NCBI GenBank assembly: GCA_050506795.1
Contig: JBJHCF010000043.1
Location: forward strand, 1-43,917
DNA from: Opitutia bacterium
GTDB taxonomy: Bacteria > Verrucomicrobiota > Verrucomicrobiia > Opitutales > T3Sed10-336
DNA length: 43,917 bases
Direction of reading: 5' to 3'
Of the stretch, positions 1 through 11,000 are shown in pieces (position 1 is the first letter of the stretch; the number at the start of each line of letters is the position of its first letter). The notes under the pieces were generated by a model, which was not told the origin of the DNA, searched no databases, and saw only the letters and a program-made list of their open reading frames with translations. The translations under genes and the position numbers were made by a program.

Positions 1-31
1 CACCCGCAAAATGTCAGCAAGAATATTCGTG

Positions 32-223
32 CCTATGAAAAAGACAGGACAAGGCAAGCCAGTTCCCATGCCCGACGACTTTCATCAATACGGACTTAGG
101 TGCTTAAGCCTGACCCCTTCCTGGCCTCCTATGAAAAAGACAGGACAAGGCAAGCCAGTTCCTATGCGCGACGACTTTCATCAATACGGACTTAGGTGCT
201 TAAGCCTGACCCCTTCCTGGCCT
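32..223. repeat. 96-bp tandem duplication (2 copies: 32-127 and 128-223)
   Basis: Unit CCTATGAAAAAGACAGG...CCCCTTCCTGGCCT is repeated directly; two mismatches seen (agttcccatgcccg vs agttcctatgcgcg). Confidence 0.95.
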
Positions 224-896
224 CAATCCGCAACTCTTCGACCTGGGGCGGCTCCTCAGTGACTTCTTGTGACGTAAGCTCACGCAGGTTCCGCATAACT
301 TGCAGGTAGGTCGTTTCCTGCCGGCTTATTTCGCTTCCAAAAGCTCTTATACGTTCGTCCAGGTCTCGGAGATCGGGCGATTGCGCGATTTCCTCGAGCC
401 ATCGTTCGGCCACGGCGATTCGTTCCGAATACATCTCGATCAAGTCCTGTATTCGGCTTTCGTGTTCGGCCCGCGTCGGATCGGGTTCCTTCGCGGCGGT
501 TACGCCGGCAGCGCTGAGGGAAATTGTCCGCACCTCGTTCCGGTGCCGTACTGTAAGCCTGTTCAGGCCGATTTCGAATTCCAGCGCCTCGACGCCGTGC
601 CGGGTCTCGCCGAGCTCGATCCAGAATGTCCGTTCGGTTTCCGGGTCGCGCAGGCTGAAAAGGTGTCCGCCCGAGAGGGCCACCACCGAGCGCAGTTCGA
701 GCTGCGGAGGAGATTCGCTTTCGACCTGTGAGGCCGCCGCGGCCTCACGCCCGGCTGCGGCAGCGTCGGCGGAATTTGAGACCAAGACTCCGGAAAGGAC
801 GACTCCGGAAACGATGGCGAAAACGACGAATATTATTTTCGATAGCGACCCAGGAATCCACGGATTCTCCACCGGGACTTGATGTGGCGTTGTCAT
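192..896 (-). CDS. Hypothetical exported/membrane-anchored protein, paralog of 33159..33917
   Basis: N-terminal hydrophobic helix, then QLELRSVVALSGGHLFSLRDP...FWIELGE domain shared with the 33159 protein, then a helical tail. Confidence 0.7.
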   Translation of the reverse strand: MTTPHQVPVENPWIPGSLSKIIFVVFAIVSGVVLSGVLVSNSADAAAAGREAAAASQVESESPPQLELRSVVALSGGHLFSLRDPETERTFWIELGETRHGVEALEFEIGLNRLTVRHRNEVRTISLSAAGVTAAKEPDPTRAEHESRIQDLIEMYSERIAVAERWLEEIAQSPDLRDLDERIRAFGSEISRQETTYLQVMRNLRELTSQEVTEEPPQVEELRIEARKGSGLST

Positions 897-1071
897 GATC
901 GAAATTCGGGATTACCCGCAACGGCACACCGCCGTGCTGAAGCATACAGTGGATACGCTAAAAGTGCTGCTCCGAGACGTCAATCCGTTTGAGTCCCCGA
1001 ACGTTGGTACACGGAAAAGAGGACCTGGTGCCGGAAAACCAATCTCGAAAACGCCGGTAAGCCGTTTCTTA

Positions 1072-2079
1072 TCAGGTGGCGAGGAATTCTTCGGAGAGTT
1101 CGTTGCCGTTGGTTTCTCCGCGGGCGAAGGCTGAAATATTGCCGAGGGTGGTGGCGGTGATGTTTTGCAGGGCTTCCCGGGTAAAAAAGGCCTGGTGTCC
1201 GGTAATCAAAACATTGGGGAAAGTCAGAAGCCGCATAAAAACATCGTCCTGAATCACTTCGTTGGAGAGATCTTCAAAGAAAAGATCGCCTTCCTCCTCG
1301 TAGACATCGAGCGCCAGTGCGCCAAGCTGTCCGGTCTTGAGGGCTTCGACAACGGCTTTGGTCTCGACCAGGGCGCCGCGGCTGGTGTTGATCAGCATAG
1401 CTCCGACTTTGATATGGTTTAAAGACTTGTTGTTTATGAGGTGTTTGGTATCTGGAGTCAGCGGACAGTGCAGACTGACCACATCGGATTCAGGCAATAA
1501 TTCCGCGAGTGGCAGGTATTCAACGCCTACTTTTTCGCATTCAGGATTTCTTTGGATATCATAGGCAAGCACCCGGCAGCCTAGACCGAGGAAGGCGTGG
1601 GCCACGATGGCGCCGATTTTGCCGGTTCCTATGATGCCTACGGTTTTGCCGTGCAGATCGAAGCCCAATAATCCATCAAGGGCGAAATTGCCTTCCCGAA
1701 CCCGATTGAAGGCGCGGTGTATTTGCCGATTGAGGCTCAGGCAGAGGGCGAGGGTGTGCTCGGCGACCGCGTGGGGGGAGTAGGCCGGCACCCGGTTGAC
1801 GGTAAAGCCCATCTTCAGGGCCGCGCTTAGATCGACATGGTTAAAGCCTGCCGACCGCAGGGCCAGACAGCGGGTTCCTCCGTCTTTCAATACTTTGAGC
1901 ACCGGCTCGCGGCAATCGTCATTAACAAAAACCGTGACTGCCTCATGCCCCTCGGCGAGCCGGGCGGTTTCCTCGGTCAAGCGGGTTTCGAAAAAATGCA
2001 GATTGTGCCCGTACTGTTTGTTCGCCTCTTCGAGAAAACGACGGTCGTACGGTTTGGTGCTGAATACGGCGACTTTCAT
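1072..2079 (-). CDS. ldhA: D-lactate dehydrogenase (D-2-hydroxyacid dehydrogenase)
   Basis: [12 protein letters not shown] start, [54 protein letters not shown]. Confidence 0.93.
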   Translation of the reverse strand: MKVAVFSTKPYDRRFLEEANKQYGHNLHFFETRLTEETARLAEGHEAVTVFVNDDCREPVLKVLKDGGTRCLALRSAGFNHVDLSAALKMGFTVNRVPAYSPHAVAEHTLALCLSLNRQIHRAFNRVREGNFALDGLLGFDLHGKTVGIIGTGKIGAIVAHAFLGLGCRVLAYDIQRNPECEKVGVEYLPLAELLPESDVVSLHCPLTPDTKHLINNKSLNHIKVGAMLINTSRGALVETKAVVEALKTGQLGALALDVYEEEGDLFFEDLSNEVIQDDVFMRLLTFPNVLITGHQAFFTREALQNITATTLGNISAFARGETNGNELSEEFLAT

Positions 2080-2316
2080 CGGATGAGAATTATTGATGGT
2101 AGAGAGTTGAAGCCGGATACTCCATTTTCTCCAGTTGCAGGATGCGCTTCTTAAATTCGAAGGCGAACCAAAACATCAACCGATGAGGCCCTTCAATTTC
2201 CATCAACCGACGCTTCCACCTGAGGCAGACGGTGCCCGACCGAGCTTTTTGACGGTTCCACAGGTAACGGAATTTTTCCGTTGCCCTGCGGACAAAGCAC
2301 GCAAGGCTGACCACCA

Positions 2317-3636
2317 ATGCCAGAAAGCGAACCCATTAAGCGTCGCCGGGTCGGATACGGTCTCATTGCCGCCACCGTGCTCATTGGGCTCCTCCTGTGG
2401 ATCGTTGCGTTGTGGACCGCCGACGCGTGGTATGACAACCCGTGGAAATACCCCGCCAAGGTGGGCAGCCACACGACGCTCATGCTCATGTGCTGGGCGT
2501 TCATCCTGGCGACCCGTTTCCGTCCGGTTGAGTGGCTCTTCGGCGGACTCGACAAGGTCTACAAGGCGCACCGCTACATCGGCGAAGCGGCGTTCTTCCT
2601 TATTTGGCTGCACCCCGTCTTTCTGGCAGTAGCGTTTTCCGAGGACATCGCCGGGTTTTTCCGCTACCTGTGGTTTTCCGACGACTGGACGCGCAATACG
2701 GGAATAATCGCGCTGGTCGCCTTCACGGTGCTGGTGGTGCTTTCGATATACGTGAAGATTGCCTACCACCGCTGGAAACGGACACACGACTTCTTCGGCC
2801 TGCTTCTGGTGGTCATTGTTGTTCACGCCGTCATTTCAGGAGGCGAAATAATGACCTTTCCCGTGCTCACGGTGTGGCATGGGGCGTGGGTCGCCGTCGG
2901 TTTGGCGGCGTACGTTTACATCCGTCTGTTATACCGGTTTGTCGGCCCGCAATATGACGTGATCACGGCCGAGGTGTCCAATCTCGGTGACAGTATTTCG
3001 GAGGTGTTCCTCGATCCGGTCGGGCGCCCGATGCGGTTTCGTGCCGGGCAGTTTCTCTACATCTCGTTCGACTCCGATGCGGTGACGGAGGAGCCGCACC
3101 CGTTCAGTATTTCCAGTCCGCCCGAATCCCGCCGTCTCCGGCTTTCCATCAAACGGTTGGGCGACTGGACGAAAGATGTCGACAACATCAAACGCGGCGA
3201 GCCCGCCCGCGTTTGGGGGCCTTACGGCCACTTTGGAGAGACGCTCTTCAACGGCACAAATACCCCCGCCGTACTCATTGGCGGCGGCATCGGAATCACA
3301 CCTTTTCTGAGCATCATCAGTGCGCAAGCCTTCGCCGGTCGTTCCGGCGACACCACGCTTATCTATTCCGCACCCACGGAAAAAGCGCTGGTCTATGCGA
3401 AGGAGATCGAGGCCGTGGCGGCAAATCTGCCCCACCTCCGGTTCGTGTCCCATATTTCCGACGATGAGGGATTCATCGACCGGGATTACCTCGAAAATCT
3501 CCTCCAGCGCCCGCTTTCGGAACACGGGTTCTTCATCTGCGGCCCTGAAAAAATGATGGACACTTTCCGCGACTTCCTCGCCGAAGCCGGCGTTCCGGGC
3601 AGGCGGATCATCATGGAAGATTTCAATATCCGCTGA
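2317..3636 (+). CDS. Ferric reductase-like transmembrane protein with FAD/NAD-binding (FNR-like) domain
   Basis: About 6 TM segments with heme His (GLDKVYKAHR, WKRTH), HPFSISS, GPYG, GGGIGITPFLS, FICGP. Confidence 0.9.
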   Translation: MPESEPIKRRRVGYGLIAATVLIGLLLWIVALWTADAWYDNPWKYPAKVGSHTTLMLMCWAFILATRFRPVEWLFGGLDKVYKAHRYIGEAAFFLIWLHPVFLAVAFSEDIAGFFRYLWFSDDWTRNTGIIALVAFTVLVVLSIYVKIAYHRWKRTHDFFGLLLVVIVVHAVISGGEIMTFPVLTVWHGAWVAVGLAAYVYIRLLYRFVGPQYDVITAEVSNLGDSISEVFLDPVGRPMRFRAGQFLYISFDSDAVTEEPHPFSISSPPESRRLRLSIKRLGDWTKDVDNIKRGEPARVWGPYGHFGETLFNGTNTPAVLIGGGIGITPFLSIISAQAFAGRSGDTTLIYSAPTEKALVYAKEIEAVAANLPHLRFVSHISDDEGFIDRDYLENLLQRPLSEHGFFICGPEKMMDTFRDFLAEAGVPGRRIIMEDFNIR

Positions 3637-3729
3637 CCCTCAACCCCATTAAAACCGGAAGGGATCGATTCAACCCGCCATCCCCGTACTGCGACATGCG
3701 TAACAAGGCGCAAATTGCGGCAAGGGAGC

Positions 3730-5931
3730 CTAAAAATCGGCGGCCGGGGACCAAACGACCCGGTAGAAGACGTTTCCGTTAGCCGGAGAGGTGTCCGTCC
3801 AGAATCCCCGGGCATCGTAAGTGCGCACCGGTTCGGTTGCATCGTGCCATTGTTTCAGGTCGTATGAGTATTGGATTTTCTCGTACATTCCCCGCACGGC
3901 GTTCCAACGCAGGGCGGGCATGCCGTTCTCCCGGGCGGCGGCAATCGTCACCCGTTCTTCGAGAATCGTTCCGCTCCAGTACTTCTCAGCCAGGGAAAAG
4001 GCCGACTTGCCGACCTTTGCGCCGACCATGCGGCCGGGGAAATCATCTTCACTCGGGTGAATTCCTCCGTGAATTCGCGATATCCCGGCCTGGTCCGCCG
4101 CGTCGTAATAGGTACACCACTGCAGCACAACGTCCTCACTGGGTCCGAGATCGATCTCCATCGAGTTGCGCTTGAAGGTGTGGCTGTGGAGTCCGCCGGG
4201 GAAATACGGGCTGCCGGTGAGCAGGGTCATGGCTTCCGCCGCCGAGCGCGAAAAGGTACTGTGACCGGAAACGTATCCCGGGAACGCCGGGGTGTTGAAG
4301 GTTTTGCGCTGGAACGGAACCCAGTCCCGCGCGAGCATCCAGGTGACTTCGCTCTGGTGGGTGGCCTTTTCGGGCGGAGGCGGGTTGTCAATGTGCTCGC
4401 CCGGCCAGGAGTAGACGGCTATTTCTCCTATAAATTCGGTGCCGGGTGTAAACTGCCAGAAACCGAGGTCCCAGATCATGTGGTGCCGCTCGCCCTCGGC
4501 CGCGCTTTCCTCGGTGATCACCTCGACCACTCCTTCGAGCAGCGGCAGGCCCTGCGGGTGATAGGAAGGGCCGTCCGGGTCGGATGATTGGCCCCGGGAG
4601 CCCATGTAGCGAATCATGGTGATCGGACGCGGGCTCAGGTAGTATCGTTTCAGTGCCCAGGCGGCGCAGGCCGCGTCGTGCACGGCTGCGGACAGGGCGA
4701 AGTACACCTTGATATCCCACTCCAAGTCGTCCAGCACCGGACCGGTGCCGCGCAGGCGCTTTTCGAAGTCCGGCCGGTCGGCGATTTCGTTCGCCAGTTT
4801 GTGCCAGTGCCCGGGAGGTGTTTCCGAGTCGGGCCCGTCCGCCCAGTACTCGGCCAGCACGCGGTTGAAGTCGCCGCGCCGCACCAGGTTCGGTTCGTAG
4901 GGCTCACCCGTTACCGGATTTACCGGAAAGCCGGTGCCGTCCTCGGTGCCCAGCGGGTTGTTGCCGACCGCTCCGGGAGAAATGTCGATGATGGTGTCGT
5001 CGTTAAGGAGGCTGCTGGCAATCAGCACACCCAGGGCCTGCTCCTTGTATTCCTGGTCGGTGGGGCTGGGATTCCCGGGCACACTTAGACGCGATTGGCC
5101 GCCGTGGGGATCTAACCAGGGTTTCTCCGGATCGTCGCGGGTAAGGGAAAAAGGGGTGACCGCGAGCCCCTGCACGCCGATGTAAGGCTGGATCCCTCCC
5201 GGAAATTCAATTCCGTTTTGGGTGATGAAGGCGGACATCGCCAGCGGTTGCCAGAAATTGGGGTCGGTTTCCGCCGGTATCCCGTACCCGACGGGCATGT
5301 CGAAAACGAATTGATGATTCATGCCCAATACACTCAGCGGAACATCGAAGTTCGGAGTGACTGCGCCTGAAGTATAGCGTTCCTCGTAATCGGGATTGTC
5401 GAATTCGTCCAGCGTGCTCCAGGCGAGGATCGCTTCCGCCGCCCGCTTTCCCAGTTCGGCGGGGGTGGCGGCATCGGTCAACGGTTCCTGGGCGATCTGC
5501 GGAGAATACCCCAGCGCTTCCAGCCTGGCGTCGAAGCTCGGGAGGACGGTGGGGGCGCCCACGCTGTCGGAAAAGCGCGTGCGCAGGATCCGGTAGGCGG
5601 CGTAACTGATCGCTTCGTGCCGCGCGGCCTCCACGTCGGCTGGAAGCGGATCGACCTTCTCATTAAAGAGATAACCCACGGCGACTTCGTCGTAAGCGGC
5701 CCAGGCTCCGTACATTGCCGCCGCGGTGTGAAACAGATTGCGCGCGTGTTTGGGAGGGTCGGGTTCGTCGAGGCGGATGGCGCCGAGCAGCTCCTCGTTC
5801 CATTGCCGGGCGACCGAATGTTCCGCCCAAAGGAACGGACACACCGAAAGGAACACGATGATGGCGAGTGCCATTCGGAGTTTCCCGTCGGCATCGAATT
5901 CGTTCAGTGCATCGCGAAGTGTGTGCTTCAT
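3730..5931 (-). CDS. Secreted vanadium-dependent haloperoxidase / PAP2-superfamily protein
   Basis: Signal-peptide-like segment, SVARQWNE, active-site motifs WALKRYYLSPRP, PGYVSGHSTF, SRIHGGIH; C-terminal YSYDLKQW...FYRV module. Start could be 5874. Confidence 0.85.
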   Translation of the reverse strand: MKHTLRDALNEFDADGKLRMALAIIVFLSVCPFLWAEHSVARQWNEELLGAIRLDEPDPPKHARNLFHTAAAMYGAWAAYDEVAVGYLFNEKVDPLPADVEAARHEAISYAAYRILRTRFSDSVGAPTVLPSFDARLEALGYSPQIAQEPLTDAATPAELGKRAAEAILAWSTLDEFDNPDYEERYTSGAVTPNFDVPLSVLGMNHQFVFDMPVGYGIPAETDPNFWQPLAMSAFITQNGIEFPGGIQPYIGVQGLAVTPFSLTRDDPEKPWLDPHGGQSRLSVPGNPSPTDQEYKEQALGVLIASSLLNDDTIIDISPGAVGNNPLGTEDGTGFPVNPVTGEPYEPNLVRRGDFNRVLAEYWADGPDSETPPGHWHKLANEIADRPDFEKRLRGTGPVLDDLEWDIKVYFALSAAVHDAACAAWALKRYYLSPRPITMIRYMGSRGQSSDPDGPSYHPQGLPLLEGVVEVITEESAAEGERHHMIWDLGFWQFTPGTEFIGEIAVYSWPGEHIDNPPPPEKATHQSEVTWMLARDWVPFQRKTFNTPAFPGYVSGHSTFSRSAAEAMTLLTGSPYFPGGLHSHTFKRNSMEIDLGPSEDVVLQWCTYYDAADQAGISRIHGGIHPSEDDFPGRMVGAKVGKSAFSLAEKYWSGTILEERVTIAAARENGMPALRWNAVRGMYEKIQYSYDLKQWHDATEPVRTYDARGFWTDTSPANGNVFYRVVWSPAADF

Positions 5932-6136
5932 CGGACTACTTCACCCCCCGTGGTTTTCGCCCTTAGAGCCCGTTGCCGCCACCAAGCGGTGCGTCGATTT
6001 TGAGAGCCGGAGCGGATCAGGGTTATTCGTTTGTCAGTTCTTCTATGAAAACATTTGTATATCCCTCGACAAGACAAAAGTGTCTGAGGTGGATTATGGT
6101 ATTGGGAATGAACGGATTCAGTATCGGGCCGAGCTG

Positions 6137-6354
6137 GAATGGCGCTCGGTTAAGGCGGTTCATCGTTTAAGGAACCGAATCGAAATCGGAATCGCGCCTC
6201 TGCTTCCTGGAGGGCGGCGCTCCCGCGCCGCCGGTGCGGGCGGGATGCCCGCGCTCCCAGGTCGGCGGCCATGCGGGAGCATGGCCCTTCAGGGGAACGG
6301 CCTATCCAATTCAGCTATGCTCCTTCGATCCACCGCATTAACCGAGTGCAATTC
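6137..6354. mobile_element. MITE-like non-autonomous element, copy 1 (218 bp)
   Basis: TIRs GAATGGCGCTCGGTTAA (6137-6153) and TTAACCGAGTGCAATTC (6338-6354), 15/17 complementary; flanking direct repeat GGCCGAGCTG (6127-6136) / GTCCGAGCTG (6355-6364), 9/10. Confidence 0.8.
6209..6257. repeat. Inverted doublet of GGAG-type REP-like hairpins
   Basis: GGAG-GGCGGCGC-TCCC-GCGCCGCC on +; GGGAG-CGCGGGCATCCCGCCCGC on -, the latter nearly identical to 36719-36745. Confidence 0.75.
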
Positions 6355-6385
6355 GTCCGAGCTGCCGACTCCTTGAAGTGGTGCC

Positions 6386-7744
6386 TTACGAAACCGGCGG
6401 AAGGCCCGCCAGGGCCGCCGCGATTTCTTCTTCCGGATAGGCGTAATCGCGCAGTTTGCCTTCATGGTAGTCGATGTAGGCCTGCATGTCGAAGTGCCCG
6501 TGCCCGCAGAGGTTGAAGAGAATTGTCTCGGAACGGCCTTCCTCCTTGCAGCGGTTGGCTTCCTGGATGGCGGCGGCGATGGCGTGGGTGGCTTCCGGCG
6601 CGGGAATAATCCCTTCGGCTTTGGCGAAGGTCACGCCCGAAGCGAAACATTCCAGCTGGTTGATGGCCCGTGCCTCCGAAAGCCCGAGGTTGAGCACGTG
6701 GCTGACCAGCGGCGCCATCCCATGGTAGCGGAGGCCGCCGCTGTGAAAGCCGGCGGGAACAAACCCGCTGCCGAGGGTGTGCATCTTCACCAGTGGTGTG
6801 AGATGCGCGGTGTCGCCGAAATCATAGGCCAGGGGGCCTTTGGTCAGGGTTGGGCAGGCGGCCGGTTCCACCGCCAGCAGGCGGACGTCCCGTCCGCCGC
6901 GAAGCTTTTCGCCCAGGAACGGGAAACAGATGCCGGCGTAGTTGGAGCCGCCGCCGGTGCACCCGACGATGACGTCGGGGTAGTCGCCGGCCATTTCGAG
7001 TTGCTTCTGGCATTCCAGCCCGATCACGGTCTGATGCAGAAGGACGTGATTGAGCACACTGCCCAGGCAATAACGCGTATCTTCATTTTTGGCCGCGATT
7101 TCCACCGCTTCGGAAATGGCGATCCCGAGCGAACCGGTGCAGTCGGGATCGTCCTGCAGGATCTTGCGCCCGCTTTCGGTGGTGTCGGAGGGACTGGCGA
7201 TACAGGTGGCGCCGAAGGTCTCCATCAGGGCTCGGCGGTAGGGCTTCTGGTTGTAGGAAACCTTGACCATGTACACGAGGCATTCGAGTCCGAAGACCGA
7301 ACAGGCCATGGCCAGCGAACTTCCCCACTGGCCGGCGCCGGTTTCCGTGGAGATTTTGCGGATGCCTTCCGCGCGGTTGTAGTAGGCCTGCGGAACCGCC
7401 GTGTTCGGCTTGTGCGATCCGCTGGGACTGGTGCCTTCCCATTTGTAGTAAATCTTCGCCGGGGTATCGAGCGCCTTTTCCAGACGGCGCGCCCGGTACA
7501 AAGGTGTGCACCGCCATTGCAGGAGGATTTCGCGCACCGGCTCCGGGATGTCGATCCAGCGCTCGGTGGAGACCTCCTGCTCGATCAGCGCCCGGGCAAA
7601 GAGCGGCGCCAGATCGTCCGGGGTGATCGGTTTTTTTGTGCCCGGATGCAGCACCGGGGGCAACGCTTCGGGCAGGTCAGCCTGCAAATTGTACCATTGA
7701 GCGGGAAGCGCCTCGTCGGCCAGGAGGAATTTTACCGGGTTCAT
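6386..7744 (-). CDS. trpB2: TrpB-like PLP enzyme (tryptophan synthase beta chain 2), stand-alone
   Basis: [18 protein letters not shown] (PLP lysine), [43 protein letters not shown] at 7744 (MNPVKF) fits family length; no trpA adjacent. Confidence 0.92.
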   Translation of the reverse strand: MNPVKFLLADEALPAQWYNLQADLPEALPPVLHPGTKKPITPDDLAPLFARALIEQEVSTERWIDIPEPVREILLQWRCTPLYRARRLEKALDTPAKIYYKWEGTSPSGSHKPNTAVPQAYYNRAEGIRKISTETGAGQWGSSLAMACSVFGLECLVYMVKVSYNQKPYRRALMETFGATCIASPSDTTESGRKILQDDPDCTGSLGIAISEAVEIAAKNEDTRYCLGSVLNHVLLHQTVIGLECQKQLEMAGDYPDVIVGCTGGGSNYAGICFPFLGEKLRGGRDVRLLAVEPAACPTLTKGPLAYDFGDTAHLTPLVKMHTLGSGFVPAGFHSGGLRYHGMAPLVSHVLNLGLSEARAINQLECFASGVTFAKAEGIIPAPEATHAIAAAIQEANRCKEEGRSETILFNLCGHGHFDMQAYIDYHEGKLRDYAYPEEEIAAALAGLPPVS

Positions 7745-8023
7745 GCGGATCAAACTCTGAAACCCCGCGGGTTGCCTGTCAATCGGCCATCGGCCGTTAT
7801 TAAATCCAATGTGAGGTTCGATGTCCCCTGCTTTTGTGTCGGGCCCAACAGGGCGGATTCCTCCCAATTGGTTTGACATCGGGGTTCCTTCCGGGGTATT
7901 TGATCATACATAGTGTGTGTCTCGTTGATTCAGGCCCCAGGTGGCTCAACGGGAGCGATGCCACGAAGGCGACATTCACTCGGTAAAACATAATCCTGGG
8001 ACGAAATTGAAAGGAATCCTGCC

Positions 8024-11000
8024 ATGTGCGGACGGAACAGCCTGCGGAGATTATCGTGTTTATTGTCAGTCACGGCGCTGTTGCTGCCGGCGACGACGTT
8101 TGGTTCGGACGCCGCGGCTTCGAATCCCATTCCCGCGGACGGAGCCACCATTGACGGCACCGGAGTAACGCTGGCCTGGACGGCCGGGAGGGGGGTCCGC
8201 GAAGAGGATGGCCACATCGTTTTTGTCGGGACCAGCCCCGCCGAGGTGGAGGTCGCCTTCGTTCGCAATCATCCCAACGTTGAGGTTCACCGGGTCAGCT
8301 CTCCAATGCTTGAGCTTTCCAATCTCGCCGCGGACACCACTTACTATTGGCGCGTGGACCAGGTCGACGCCGCCAATCCGGAGGATTCGGCAACCGGTGA
8401 CGTCTGGAGCTTTACCACCGGCCGCGGCGATGGGGTTACGGCGTTTGCCGACGACTTCGCGGCGGAGCACGACTACCTGGCGGACGGAGTCGCCGGAACG
8501 GGCTGGGACGGCTTCATCGGCAGGGGCCAGGGGGAAACCGCCGACCGGATCGACGCGGCCGGCGGCGTGCTGACGCTGGCGTCGGCCAACGGTCGCTATG
8601 AGGCGCGCGGCGGCCCGCTGGGACCTCTCCTGTACCGCACCGTGACCGGTGACTTCAAGGTGACCGTACGGATCGCGGATTACCAGTTCACTTCCTTCAA
8701 TAACGGGGGAATCATGGCCCGGGCGGCTGGTTCCGGTCAGGGTGGTCGCGGGGAAAGCTGGATCAGCATCGACTATTTTCCGCTCTACAGCGGCATCTAC
8801 GCGCGGATGGCCGACGGCGCCCAGCGCCATGAAGTCTGCGCGAACGAGCAGGGTCGCGAGTCCGACACCTACCTGCAGATGGAACGCGCGGGCAACCTGT
8901 TTTTCCTGCGTCACAGCCCGGACGGCGTTACCTGGACCGAGCTTTCCTGTTCGCCCATCCGGCGACCCGACCTGGCGGCCGAACCGCTTCAGGTCGGACT
9001 CTTTCAATGCACCTATTCGGGAAATCGCGGGCAGATCTCGTTCGCCGATCTGGAGATGGATATCGGCGGCGAAATCCGGACGGCCCGGCCGCAGTCGCCC
9101 GAAGACGGCGCCGAAGGAGTGCCGTTAATGGCGTCGCTGGTCTGGATTCCGGGATCGGGTTCCGAGCACCAGGACCTCTACTTCGGGACGTCCCGCGAAG
9201 CGGTGGCAGAAGCATATAACGGAATGACCGTGGGAACCGGTGTTTACCTGGCACGTTTAAGCGGCGAAACGATTCGGCACCGGTTGCCGGAGCTCGAAGA
9301 TGGGGTGACCTACTACTGGCGCGTTGATGCGGTGACCGGAGACGAGGTCCACCGGGGAGCCATTCACTCCTTTACCACCCACAACCGGATGCTGGAAAAC
9401 TTCGCGGGGTATGGTTCCGTTGACGAGCTTTCCGCCGCCTGGCGGATGGAGGGCGGCGCGAAAGCCGGCCTTCAGGCGGCCGGCGGACGGGAGGGCGGGC
9501 CGGCGCTCAGGTTTGAATTCGACAACACCGCCGCCCCTCGGTTCGCACGGTTCAGGCACACCTTTTCCGGGGTTCAGGACTGGATGGACTCGGCTCACTC
9601 CTTCCGATGGCTGACCGTCCATTTCAAGGGCGATCCCGGCAACCGGCCGGATGTTTTGTCCCTGGAGTTCGAAGAGGGCGACTGGGGAACGAACCGCACC
9701 GTCGTTTCCTACGCGGGAGATCCCGCCGACCTGCGGCGCGCCGAGTGGACCCGTTGGGATATCGATCTGCAGGAACTGGTGGCGAACAACCCGACCTTCC
9801 GCCCGCAGGCGATCAAGAGCATGTCGATCGTCGTTGGGAACCCCGAACATCAGGCCGCCGGGGGATCGGGGGTGCTGCTGGTGGACGAAATCTCGCTCAA
9901 CACCCAGCGCTTTTACAACGGATTCGAGCTCGACCCTCGGGCGCCGCGGTTCATTCGTCCCGAACGTTTTGTCACCCCCCTTCCTTTTACCGAAGTGACC
10001 ATCACGGGTGGCCTTTGGCGGGACCGGATGGACGTCAACCGGGAGGTCAGCATCCCGCACATCTGGGAAAAATCCGAACACGTCAGAACCGCGGCCGGTA
10101 ACGATTCCATGCGGATCGAGAATTTCCGCCGGGCGGCGGGTGTCTCCGAAGGCGGATTCACCGGCACCTACTTCAATGATTCCGATGTCTATAAAACCAT
10201 TGAGGCCAACGCGTACTCGCTGCGAATGCATCCCGATCCGGAATTGGAGGCCTATACCGATCAGGTGATCGAATGGATCGCCGGGGCGCAATGGGAGGAT
10301 GGGTATCTCTTCACCTATTACTCCCTGCCGCGCAGGCCGCATCTGCGCTGGAGCAATATCGGTGCGATGCACGAATTGTATTGCGCCGGGCACCTTATCG
10401 AAGGCGCCATTGCCTACTACGAGACCACCGGGAAGCGGGAGTTGCTCGACGTGGCCATCCGCTTTGCGGATCTCATCGACGACACCTTCGGACCCGGGAA
10501 GCGTACCTCGCCTCCCGGGCACCAGCAGATCGAGCTGGCGCTGATGAAACTGTTTCATCTCACCGGCGAGCAGAAGTACATGGACCTTTCGAAGTTCTTC
10601 GTCGACCAGCGCGGCCGGCACGAAGGACGGAGTTCCTACGGAACCTACAGCCAGGATCACGTTCCCTTCGTTGAACAGGAGAAAGGCGTCGGTCACTCCG
10701 TGCGGGCCGGCTACCTGTTTATCGGAGCGACCGACATCGCCATGGTGAACCATGACGAATCCTATGCCAACGCCCTTTTCCGCCTTTGGGACAACATAAC
10801 GAACACCAAAACCTATCTTACGGGCGGGATCGGACAGCCGGGTGGTCCGGAAGGATTTTCGGGCGATTACCAGCTCGGCAACAACTGCTACGCTGAAACC
10901 TGTTCCGGATTGGCGTTCGCCAGGTGGAATCACCGTCTGCACCTGATGACGGGGGAAGCCTGGTACCTCGATATTGTGGAGCGTACATTGTACAACAATG

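Noticed and set aside
11..262. 83-aa ORF with an internal 32-aa repeat
   Set aside because: Follows from the 96-bp (in-frame) tandem duplication and overlaps the convergent gene; no protein-like features.
5738..6376. 212-aa + strand ORF
   Set aside because: Overlaps the haloperoxidase gene antisense and runs through the MITE/REP region; no motifs.
7745..7879. N-terminal extensions in the ORF track (trpB2; also 19338, 28142, 33036, 35173, 42101 starts)
   Set aside because: Downstream ATGs fit family starts, signal peptides, RBS or translational coupling better.
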